Part shown: one piece after another, positions 1-12,800 of the stretch
How positions within the stretch are numbered: the stretch's first letter is position 1
How the letters are laid out: the number at the start of each line of letters is the position of its first letter
Assembly (NCBI GenBank): GCA_037379345.1
Contig: CM074523.1
Coordinates: 2,426,525 to 2,490,524, forward strand
Length of the DNA: 64,000 bases
Source: Perna viridis
Taxonomy: Eukaryota
Reading direction: 5' to 3'
Position numbers and translations under genes: made by a program
The notes under the pieces: generated by a model
What the model was told of the DNA's origin: nothing
The model's input: the letters and a program-made list of their open reading frames with translations, nothing else
The model's database searches: none

Positions 1-352
1 CCTTACCCCATCCTCCCTTTGTTAACATGCAACAGATAATTTCCCGACCCAATCCTCCCATTGTCAAGATGCAGAGAGATAATTTTCTGACCCCTCTCTT
101 CCATTGTTCAGATACAAAGAGGTAATCTCCTGACCCCATCCTTCCATTGTCAAGATGCAGAGAGATAATTTTCTGACCCCTCTCTTCCATTGTAAAGATG
201 CAGAGAGATAACCTCCCGACCCCACCCTTCCATTGTTAAGATGCAGAGAGATAACCTCCCAACCCCACCCTTCCATTGTTCAGATGCAGAGAGATAATCC
301 CTTACCCCATCCTCCCTTTGTTAATATGTAGACAGATAATCTTCTGACCCCA
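1..352. repeat. 43-bp minisatellite, about 8 copies (continues beyond the window)
   Basis: Unit ccattgtcaagatgcagagagataattttctgacccctctctt; ccattg recurs at 58, 101, 144 and onward. Confidence 0.9.
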
Positions 353-417
353 CCAGACATGTCAAAAAAGATATAAATGTATTACAAATTTTACATGTAA
401 AAAGGGAGATAACTTAC

Positions 418-3400
418 TATTTTCACACTGTTTTTCATCACTGCCATCTTCACAGTTGATTTCACCATTACATTGCCATGCCAATGGAATACACTTTTTG
501 TTTCCACATTGGAACTGTTCATCAGTACACTCAGGATACTCTGTTATAAGATTAGATTTTATTATAGGCCCATATTCATATAGATATCTTTCAAATACAT
601 AACTCATTTGGTCACTTTCCAAAAATTGCTTCTGGACAAAATTTTGATTTTTGTATGTTTTTCTCATGGACAGGCACTTAAGTACAAGCAGAATATTTCC
701 AAGGAATAATTATAGTGACCCTTACATATTTAATCTCCCAATGACCTCCGACCCTACATACAACAAGTATCTTTTAATCCCTGACCAAAAAATAAAACAA
801 ACTTACTACTTCCATTAAGTCTTTTATAATCACACTTTCATCTGTATAAACCACATAACACTTGAATTTAAACACAAACTTTTCAACACTACTGCCATCT
901 TTTAATACTTATCCTAACCAGGCCTTAGAGACCTCAAATCTACAAATCTTTCTACCATAATGCCATTAATCAATGGCCATCCTTTCTATCTTTAATTCAA
1001 ATGCTTTACAGGGACAGATTGATACAACCTCAGAGGTCGAACCCTGAATGGTTGGGGCAAATATGAATACACCATTCAAACATGATACAGCTAAAAATAT
1101 GATTGTGATTAGACATGTGACATGAGATAAGAATCAAAGTGGTCCCTTTTTGCCCCTCAATTCCAGAATGGTTCCAGCCACTATCTCAAAAATCAATCCA
1201 AGCTTTCCTTTTAAAGTATGACACTTTATGGTACAATTTCAAAGAGATCCATTCCCTATTATCTAAGTTATCACCCAGAATCAGAAACATACTTGTTTTT
1301 GGCCCCTTTGTGGCCCATCAGCTCAAGTTGCTCAAAATCAATATCAGACTACCTATGAGACATTGTAGTTCAATTTAAAAGAGATGTATTTACTCACAGT
1401 AAAGTTACTGCTCAGACATTAAGACAATCCTTCTTCCTGGCCCCTGTTTTGGTCTCTAATTCTAAACAGTTCAGGTCTAAATCCCCCAAATTAATCTCTG
1501 TATGACCATATTGATATAGGATATTATGGAACAGTACATATTCATTTGCTTTTTACTGCTGTACATGTTAAATAGTTTAATTCTTTGATAAACTTGTTTT
1601 GACCCCTTTTTGGCCATTAATTCCTAAACAGTAGAGGCCATAATCTCTAAAATCAATACCAGTCATCCTTTTGTTGTTCGAAACCCATGGTAAAATTGTT
1701 GAAGTAGCTGTCTTTGTAAGAATCATGCAAAACCTGAAAAATGTGATACACCCCAAAAAAGGCTACATATTTTTATTTCTGTAATTAGGTTGTTTTATGG
1801 GTCTATACTATGAAATGTGTGATTATTCCTTCAAATCTGCCTGCTCTTAGGAGATAATCCACATTGAAAATCCAGTAGATTCTATTGTATTTGAGTGCCA
1901 TTTACAGAGTTATCTCCCTTAATTTTGAAATCTACAGTGCATTCTATATATTTTTAATCTCCTAACAGCACAGGTTATATGAAAAACCACTTGTTAATTT
2001 CTGTCTACAATGACATTTCAAACAAAATATCAAAAATGAAAATATGTAGGCTTTTTACCCATGAACCACATTTTGCATGATCCTTAGCTGGAGTACTACT
2101 TAAAAGTTCAATCAACTAAAATTCAAGATATTGCAGGAATACTAAGTGTCTAGTGTCATACAAAAACCCTTTGATCTCCAACCCCCAACTCTATATACAT
2201 GTACCACAATCCTTTTTATAACTGCCATCAATTTACTATATTTATCATAAACACACTCCCATCCTTAATAACCCTATGACAGATAACCCCTGACCCTACA
2301 TACTACAATTCTCTTCATCACTGCCATCTTTACAATCTTTGTCGTAATCACACCTCCATCCTTTTGGGATACAGTTCTTGTTGACAACACATTGGAATTG
2401 GTCACTGCTACAGCTTACATTTTCTGAAGTTAAAAATATTTGTATTATTACAGAAACCTCTAGTACCAATTTTCCATGAAGTCCATATTAAAAATAATTG
2501 TAAATGGATATAATGTAACCATGATTTGAAAAACTGGAGTTATACACTGTATATAGTTTTTATGCAACATTCTAACAGCTTTAGAACTGTAACTTATATA
2601 TTTTCATTATGCTCTGAAGAACTGAAGAAAAACACAACCAAATATAATTCTGTATTGATAGAGGTTAAACTAAATATTGCTCAGAGCAGCCAAGCATCAT
2701 TTACTGTGAAAGTATTTTAATTTGTGGATACCAATTTTCGTGGATCAGGGAAGAAACACAAGTTTGTGGGTTCTTGAAATTGTGGTTTTGAAGTTTTAAA
2801 TATACACATCAATGGCAGTCTACTATTTGTAGAGAACTAAATTTCGTGGTTTGACCACGAAAGCCACAAAAATTGGTACCCCACAAACAATAAAACTTTC
2901 ACAGTATGGCAAATATAACCTGATATAAAGTTTGATGAGAATCAACTTACCACATGTCAGTTCATCAGAATGATCAGTGATTCCACAATCAGGATCACCA
3001 TCACATTTCCAGGTATTAGGTATACATCTCCCCTCCCGACATTTAAAGAAATTGTCCGGACAACTAGAATTCTTGCATTTCGCTGCTGATGGCTCATCTG
3101 TCCCATCCATGCAGTCTTTATCTTTGTCACATTTCCACATCAATGGAACACACTTTATATTGTCACATTGAAATTGGTCAGGTTTACAATCTTTAGCAGC
3201 TAAAAAATAACAAAGCTCTGAACAAGAACTCTTGATAAAAGGTAATTCTAGTCAAAAGCTAAAGGCTTTAAAACTTTCAGTACTGAGTTTTATTTGACAA
3301 AATGTACTTAATGCCAGACTAATTTGTGCATGAGCCATTTTCTGACCTGAATTTTTTTTTACATGTGCTCTCTTGAAATTTGTGCTCATCATTGACACAA

Positions 3401-6400
3401 CAATTGTGTCAATTTGACATTATTTTTCCATGTATGAATTTACAGACAAAATGGTAATTCATAGATTAAATTATTTCCTTCAGATCTATATACAGCATTA
3501 CAACAGAAATATTGTATTTCTGAAATAGAATTGCTGTTTCTGTTAAAATAAATGGGAAAGTAATTCTGAGTGCAGCTAATCAAGTTTGTACATTTCTACA
3601 TGAAAGCCATTAATATTTACATGCAGTTAACCGTATCTTATGAATAGCTCTGAAGCACGAAAAATATAAAATTTGGTATCATTTGAAAGAGTGGAAGCAA
3701 AAGTATACCATTAATGGAGGTAACAACCTTCCCACCTAATTCCTGCCAAGATCTCTATAGTTTTCCTATGTATATGCATACATGTGTTTCCAAAGAATGT
3801 TTCATTAGCAACTTTCAGTGGCAGTGGCTAAGAAAACTAAAAAAAAAACTGAGCAATGCTCATTTAATTGAAACCCTGACCCCCCCCCATCCCCCACCTG
3901 TGATAACATACACCTTTTGGCCTGCAAATTGATTTGGATAAAATCTAAAAATAAAGGGTGCATTGTGAAACTTCCATTAAATTCCATTTAGTTGTGTAGT
4001 AAGAGATATTGATAAGAGATGTGCACCACTACATCAGGAAATGCGAGACGTAAAACAGACTTCACATAAAAGTATAGAAAATAAGGAGCAGATATTCAAT
4101 TTTAAATTAGGATTCTGTTTCTTTGGTGGATGAGGAGTAACGGATGGGACTTCATAAGTAAAATGAAGTTGTGCCTAATCCTTTTTGTATATTATTGAAC
4201 AAATAAAATATGTTTGAACTAAGCAATGGATAAGACATAGGTGCCCCTCTATATACAGTACCTGAACCAATCAGTGCAACTAAAACTGCAATCAGTCATC
4301 GGTCACCAATCAGTTTCTGATCAGTCATCAATCCGTCAAACTAATCCATTGAACCTGTGATCACATCCCATGACCACTGAGTGGTCAATATATTTTACAG
4401 ATTCTGTTGTTTTATTTGTCAGTTTACACATATTTACATAATGCAATATATTAAAACATAAATTATTTACTCTTATTTTACATATGTTTTATTCTTAAAA
4501 AAAAAAACCAAAAAAAACGATATATGGATTTGATATATAATTCAATATGGTAGTATGTAAGTTTAGTTTCAGTGGAAATTCTTAAATTAATATGAACCAA
4601 TTATCCGTCATTTTACATGACAAAGCTACAGTCAGACCAATCACCAGTCATCGCTTATCGATCCGTCATCAATAAGTCAGTCAGCGGTCTTCGATCCATC
4701 AAACAGTTGCACGGATCAGTTCAGGGACTGTAACAGAAGGCTGGATAAACTCACCTATTGCAATATCCCTACTTTGCAAGTATCAATTCAACATATAAAG
4801 GGAGATTATTTATACTTACTGCAGTTGAATTCATCTGATTTATCTTCACAATGATGTGTTCCATCACATTTATATGACTCTGGAATACACTTGTTACCAG
4901 ATTGACATTTAATATAACCCTTCATACACTGGTATTGATCTGCAAAGATAAATTGAGACAATCAAGATTCAAGCGGAAATCAAAAGAACATAATCCAGGG
5001 ACAAAGACCAAATAGTGAAAATTAACATATACAACAAGGAACATTAAATAACCAAAATAATACATACTAAGAAACAAAAGGAGACAAGCAACTCAGATTC
5101 CACTAAAACCTTGGAGCACAGACCAGGTGCACCGGTAGGGTAAGTGTCCTCAGCTTTTCTAGAAAACACCAGCAAAGTTGCATGCTCATGAACAGTCGTC
5201 CAGACCTCAATAATACTATTGTTAAAACATTTTCAATATGGTTAGAAATTCTATATCAAAACTACTATGAATTGGAAAAAGTGATAATCATTTAAAATAA
5301 AGGTAAGGGTCTTATAGCTCTAAATTATGATTGCAATCAAACCTATAACGCAAGAAAGAACAGGACCAAAATTGAGCTGGCTGCCAATTGCAACCTGAAA
5401 ATCAATTCACTTGTAATAAATTCATCATTTACACAACAGGAAAATGCTTATTTTTGTCTTCACCTTCCAAATTGTTCAAGTCATAACCCTAACAAGAGGC
5501 TCCCAGGAGCCTGAATTGCTAACCTGGTTAAATTTTGTCTTTCAAGGGAAATAAATTTAACAAGTTGTCCAACAATTAAGACCAAAGAAGACTTTGGTAG
5601 AACTTATCATAAGGATCATTTCAACGTGTGAAAATTTCGTTCAATCTATTTTAGTTTTCAAGATATTTGCTGAAAACTGTTAAAAAAAACCCAAAAAACG
5701 TCATGTTTCATCTTTCAAGGGCAATAACTCTTACAAGGAGTTGCCTAACAACTTTGATCCCTGAGGACTTTTGAAGGCCTTATGATAAGGATCATTTCAG
5801 CAATTGAAAGAATTTAGCTAAACCTAACGGTTTTGCAAATATATGTGAAAAACTGATTGATGGATAAAAAATCCCCACATCAGTTCTATACAGGATACCC
5901 TAAGGAGCATTCCTACCGAGTTTGGTTCAAATTGGTCAAGTAGTGTCAGAGGAGACAACTGGCACCAATCTTCCTTTGGAGGTACAATTTCATACAGATC
6001 TACAAATTAATCCTCAAGTTATCCACTGGACACCAAATACCAATGAACATGGCTGCTGACTTATATCAACACCATTATACCATTATAGGACCACAATTAT
6101 TTGAGGCTGCATAAAAGAGAATTGTTAAAAACCTACCACAATCTTTTTCGTCACTTCCATCATCACAATCATTTCGGCCATTACAGATGTCAACTGGTGG
6201 TACACATCCTGTGGAATCTGTGGCATTATGACACTGGAAATAGCCCCTCTGTTTACAGTGGTAAGGTTCTAAATATATAGAGAAGGTATTCTAGTTTTGT
6301 CTGAAGTATGACCATGAAGAATAGCATATTCCAGTTTTTGACTAATTCTGTAGTATGAGCCTTAAACTATAAAAACCATTAGTTAAGGATATAGTATATA

Positions 6401-6827
6401 TACTACGCTGGTTCTCCCATTAATCCATACGAAACTTCACTAATTCTACTTCATGTTTGTCAGAGACCAACCTAAAGGTATGAAACCAATAATGAAGCAC
6501 CAATCTATGATTCAAATAGAAGGAATCATATAATGGAAAGCACCCAAGGATATACTAACTCAGCTTCTTCATACAAACCATACTTAGTCAATTAATTTAC
6601 TTTTAGGTAAGGACTTAATTATTCTAATTACCTACAACTTACAATTATATTTCATAATATCGTAACGGCAGCTAAAAGACATATATTAAAATATCTGCCA
6701 AATATGAAAGAGCACAGACTTACTGTCTTCACAGTTTCTCTCATCTTCATTACTGCTACAGTCAGTATGGTTATCACATCTCCACCAGGATGGGATACAC
6801 TTAGAACTTTCTTTACACTCAAAATGG
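418..6827 (-). CDS. LRP1: LRP1-like exons: first 7 LDLa repeats of cluster IV
   Basis: Exons 6724-6827, 6137-6268, 4820-4939, 2951-3199 (2 repeats), 2304-2423, 418-540. Confidence 0.88.
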
Positions 6828-9800
6828 CTGAAAAACAGATTGGAATACATTTATAATTTTCTTTTCAATTAAAATAGAAATGGCTAAAACATGACACAGA
6901 GGATGTGATAAACTAAGAACTTTCTTAACACTCAAAATGGCTCAAAAACAGGATGGATACTTAGAAATTTCTTTACATCTTAATTGGCTTTAAAACGTGA
7001 TTGGATAGCCCTAAATTTTTTTTAACACTCAAAACGGCTGAAAAACAGTAATGGCATCTCAATTACAAACTAAATTCTTTACCCTCCCTTTTTCCAAAAG
7101 AATCAATATGGTTAAACAAGTTTGCAATTTTTGGTTCTATTGGTAAAAGTTAAATTTTAACTATATTACAATTATTGGTTTTACTCACAATGGACTTTTA
7201 CATGCAGACACACATCTGTATGACCCAGAGAGCATGTAGTTCTCTGGACAGCCACAAACTTTTGTCGTTGATTGAAAGTATGATTCCATACGGTAACTCA
7301 TGACAACAAAAGGTTTCAGGAGACACAGATGAGAACAACCACCATTGTTGACACGACAAGGATTATTTCCTAAATGGCCTGAAATCATGTTTCAAAGTAA
7401 TGATTCAGAATTATATAGGCATTAAACACATATACTCATAGTTTCTATTGTTGAAAAATTCTGTTTGATTTTATTTTTGAAAACTAACAAATTGCGAAGT
7501 AGGATGGACTAGTTCATTTTGTACAATTATATAAAGAATAACTGTTACGATTGATTGTGATACTGACTTTATTAAGAGGAATATCTTGACGTGTACGTAT
7601 GTCTTCATGAATTGTCAGTATGGAAATGAATGCAACTATCATTTTATTCATCGGTAATTCAATTATTGCATTTTAATCATCATGATCATTTTAATGTATA
7701 TTAAGTTAGGGACTACTTTTGAAAAAATCTGTAGTGCAACATACACTGTCGGTGTGTGATATTATTTTTATTCAAAACTCAAAAGAAATTCTGATGACCT
7801 CGCAACCACTCTCAAATGTTTTGATGAATAATTTTAAATATCTTGTCATGTAAAAGAAATTGAGAGATATATCTCGACAAGATCAAAGGAAGAAAGTCTA
7901 CAGATAAATAAGAAACATGAGGAAGACTTCCATGGTTTCTTTAGTCAAATTACAAATTCAAATTCACAAAATTGTCAATTTTTTTTTTCTTAAACCTAGT
8001 GAGTTTTAATGAAATTCATAAATGCCTAATTGAACTAGGAGAAACTGGCAAATCACAGAAATTAATACTAACTGTTAAAATCACTATTGCTGTATTACTC
8101 AGAAAGTAAAGTTATTTGGAGGTTGGCCAAATTTATCTTTATTTATTTTTTTTTTAGCTGTTTGTATTATAACCATGGGAAATCATAATAAAGAAACATC
8201 CAATTCAATGGTCACATGATTTTATTTCTGATGCATGAGGCATTTGAATCATAGAATGTACAATGTTTTAAAATGGAATTGTATACTAAAATCAATTTGA
8301 GTGAATTTATATAATTAAAGAAGGAATAACCAGATTACAGACAAAGTCTCCCAAAATAGTCAATTCAAATTTACCTGTTTTCTACATGAGAGAAAATTCT
8401 AAATATATGGTGAATTTCAGTACTCAGAAGCATACTAAACAACTCTGACATTTGGAATAAAGATAAGTGGTGTCCTAAACCAATACGTCACCACTGCATG
8501 ATTCTTAGAAGGATAAGTACACAAAAATAAAATACCTTCAATTTGTCTCATCATGTGATACACTTGTATGTCCATAGGTCTGTGTGACGTTTTTATAATC
8601 ATCTTCCGGTCTTCACCTGTAAATTTGTTTGCTCTATTTATAGTTTTACTGTCCCAGTCCGTCCAAAATATGTATCCTTCAAATGTAGTAAGGGCAAATG
8701 TGTGGGGCAAGTGACTATTAATAACAACATGTTGGTTTTTGCCATCAAGGTCAGCCATACTGATGTAATCTAAACTAGCATCCGACCAGAATATCTTTTC
8801 TGTGATGTAGTCTATGGTTAAACCATTTGGCCAAGCGAGGTTTTCGGTGATTATTTTCTCTATGTTGGTACCATCCATGAATGCTCTAGATATATGAGGC
8901 TGTTCTCCCCAGTCAGTATAGAACAAATATCCTCGTAGTGGGTGGACTTCTAGTCCCCTGGGCTCCTGTAATCCAGCATGGATCAGTATCTTACGGTAAG
9001 AACCATCCAGGCGGGAGACTTCAATGGTGTCTGCTGTTTTGTCACACCAGTAGAGATTCCTGCCTAACCAATCTACAGCCAGACCATCTGGATTCCTCAC
9101 TGTGGAGTCGTGTAAAGTCTCAGGCTGTCAATAAAAATGTCAGTTTTGAAGTTGATTGTGCCAATGTATCACAATAACTTTTTAGGTACTAAATGTATTT
9201 TGTTCGTGTTTTCCAAAACATCAATAAAAGACCATTTTTAGTATTAAATAATAGCCCTTAAAACTCCATAGCATCTTCTAACATTATACATACAAAAAAG
9301 CCAGCATCATTACTGTCAATAAAAATCATACATATAGACCTGACAACTTACCCAAGCTTAGATTTGACCTCTGACCAATACTTAGCTATGACATGTGACC
9401 CATATTTAGCTCTGACCTCCGACCCATACCTAACATTTTCCTGTACTCTTATCCTTACCTTGCTCATTTTGTTTTTGAGGTCAAGTCTCCTGATCCAGCT
9501 GTTCGTACTAGTGATGTCTGTCCAATAAATTGTGTTATTATAATAATCATAATCCACAGCTACAGCATTCACTGTATCATTTACAATTATACTCTGGTAA
9601 TGTCCTTCAAATGTCATGTTCAGAATCTGATGTCTGTTAGCTACTATAAGGGAGGGCCGTGACATTACTGCAAAAGAAAGCAATTTTTATCATAAGCAAC
9701 TACACTGCTGTAATGTCCATCAAATGTCATGATCTGAATTTCATGTGTGTTAGCTTAGTAACAATCAGGGAGGGTCATGACATTATTGTAAAAGAGGGGG

Positions 9801-12800
9801 AACTTTATCATTAAAAAAATACACTGTTGTAAAATAACCATTAAATGTCATGTTCAGAATCTGTTAGCTACTATTTACTGTCAGGGAGAGCCATGACATT
9901 TCTGTAATGAGAGGAGTATTTTCATCTAACCTAATTCAGAGGAAATTATTTCAGAAGTGATAACTCAATAATTGAAATACTCAAAAACTACAACTACTGG
10001 TCAGGAAGAGCTGACTTTGTTATTCATAGAAAATAAAATTTGCTAGGATTCAGTATAGTGACATGGATGTGTCACCACATGGACATAAAATAGTATTGGT
10101 TGAAACAAAATGACTGATGTTAATTGAGTTGAATATCTTACCATTCAGTACTTTACATGTTTTGTTGTCCCTCTCCAGATAATAGCCTTCATAACAGTAA
10201 CACTTATAGTGGCCATGTTCATTTACACAAAAATGGGAGCAAGGGTAGTCCTTACATTCATCTATATCTAAAAATAAAAAAGTATATATAGAGAGGAAAT
10301 CTATCTGGCAATTCCCATAAAACAATAATATTCACACAGAAATCTTAACCAGATTATTTAAATGAGGACACATCCATTCCAACAGAAAGATGAAAAAGGA
10401 TGTTCATATTCTTTGTCTATAAATAGAAAAGTCTAAATATAGCAAAACATAGTTCCAACAAAACATACACAATAAAAACATCAATAATCTGCTATTTCAG
10501 TAACTTCAATCTGCATCAATATCAATTTAAGCTTATATACAGTTTTCACAAAATACCAGTAGTCCAAAGCCCGCGGCTGATTAAAATACTGAAAATATAC
10601 TCAAAATTCTATTTATAGTCCAGTTATTATTAAATATATAAAAAATTCTACAAATAATGAGAAAAAAAGATGAAGACTGATGAAATGGGAAAACAGAAAT
10701 CTCATTTACTTCTATTTATATAAGTAAGAAGTAAATAAAGAGAGTTCATGCAAAGGGAACTAACCTTCACAAATATGATGATCTTTAAGTTGGTATCCTG
10801 GGGGACATTCACATCTATAGCCAATCTTCTGATCCACACAGCGATGACTACACATTAAATGAGGGAATAAACACTCATTGATAACTGTAAAACAACAATA
10901 TTTTTAAGTTTTAACATTATAAGGACAAAGCATCAGTAATGTCCCATATTTCTAGATGTTTTGTGATGTCCCATATTTGTAGACACTTTGTGATGTTCCA
11001 TATTTGTTGATGTTTTGTGTTGTCCCATACTTCTAGATGCTTTGTGATGTTCCATATTTGTAGACACTTTGTGATGTTCCATATTTGTTGATGTTTTGTG
11101 TTGTCCCATACTTCTAGATGATTTGTGATGTCCCATATTTGTAGCTGCTTTGTGATGTCCCATATTTGTAGACACTTTGTGATGTCCCAAATTTGTAGAT
11201 ACTTTGTGATGTCCCATATTTGTAGATGCTTCGTGATGTCCCATATTTGTAGATGCTTTTTGATGTCCCATATTTGTAAATGCTTTGTGATGTCCCATAT
11301 TTGTAGATACTTTGTGATGTCCCATATTTGTTGGTGTTTTGTGATGTTCCAAATTTGTTAATGTTTTGTGTTGTCCCATACTTCTAGATGCTTTGTGATG
11401 TCCCATATTTGTTGATGTTTTGTGTTGTCCCATACTTCTAGACACTTTGTGATGTCCCAACTTTGTAGATACTTTGTGATGTCCCATATTTGTAGATGCT
11501 TTGTGATGTCCCATATTTGTAGATACTTTGTGATGTCCCATATCTGTAGACGCTTCGTGATGTCCCATATTTGTAGATGCTTTGTGATGTCCCATATTTG
11601 TAGATACTTTGTGATGTCCCATATTTGTAAATGCTTTGTGGTGTCCCATATTTATAGATGTTTTGTGATGTCCCATATTTGTAAATGCTTTGTGATGTCC
11701 TATACTTCTAGGTGTTTTGTGATGTCCCATATTTGTTGATGTTTTGTGTTGTTCCATACTTCTGGATGTTTTGTGATGTCCCATATTTGTAAATGTTTTG
11801 TGATGTCCCATATTTGTAGATGCTTTTTGATGTCCCATATATATATATGACAATGCCAATGGTAGAGGTGATTCATGGTTTAGAAAATCCGCAAAACATA
11901 AAATGCTTATTTAATATTTTGCCTCAAAAGTGCAACAACCCAATGAAAAACTAAAACTGAACCTGTAGACTGTAAATAATTCTGAATAAGAAACAAAAGT
12001 TAATTCGGTGGATTAATGGACATAAATACATACAAAATGAAATGTAACCCATGTTTAAAGAGGTATAAAAATGTATGTACTAAGAACTTACAGCACTGCT
12101 CTGATTCATCAGAGGAATCACCACAATCATTCCTGCCATTACAAACCAAATCATCATGAACACACAGCCCATTTTTACATAAAAAGTCTGTGCCGTTACA
12201 TGTAATAGGTTTAACAGTTGGACAGTTTTCCTCATCTTTTTCAGTGCGGCAGTCAGGGAATCCATTACATCTTAGCGTCTCACTGATGCAAGTGTTGTCT
12301 CCGCAGTCAAACACTCCCTTGTCCTTACATTTGTTATAATCTGAAAATGAAATTAAACAGTAAGTTATATACATTAAGTAAATATGTAAAACGTCTTTCT
12401 AAAATCACACAGCACTTTAACAGGTCTCATACAAAATAATGCTTAGAATACTCCAAATATCTGCAATTATTTTCACAAAGAAGTTTGTAATTAACTCAGC
12501 ATGTCAAAGCTGTGTAAAAAAAGGAAACTATTTACTGCACGGAAGCTGCAAAAATAAAAACAAATTCAAAGATGAAAGAACATTCTGACATTCTGAAACA
12601 CACAAAAGGATTAACAATGTGATCAGACAATAGCCCCCCCCCCCTATATATATGCATTATAAAAAATAATCTGATTAAAATTAGACCCATCAGTTGTTCC
12701 ATTCAGTCACTACATGCAGGATCTAACAATCAATATTCCATTCTAAATTCTATTCGAATGACCTTTCTAATCAGCCAATCAGAATTCATTTTATGATATT

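Noticed and set aside
1-352. 43-bp array as another splice-junction echo (contains GGG|GTAAGG twice)
   Set aside because: No convincing match to the exon at 418-540, and the next exon is outside the window, so it cannot be tested here.
9340-9458. In-frame read-through of the exon into 24-bp degenerate repeats ending at a strong GG|GTAAGT
   Set aside because: The downstream donor is phase 2 while the next exon needs phase 0, and the repeats do not clearly match the exon edge, so it was not counted as an echo.
10933-11859. 308-aa His-rich repetitive ORF (STNMGHHKA)n that could suggest a metal-binding or byssal-type protein
   Set aside because: It is the translation of a 27-bp intronic minisatellite; overlapping ORFs occur on both strands, there is no signal peptide or unique domain, and the flanking LRP1 exons join in phase without it.
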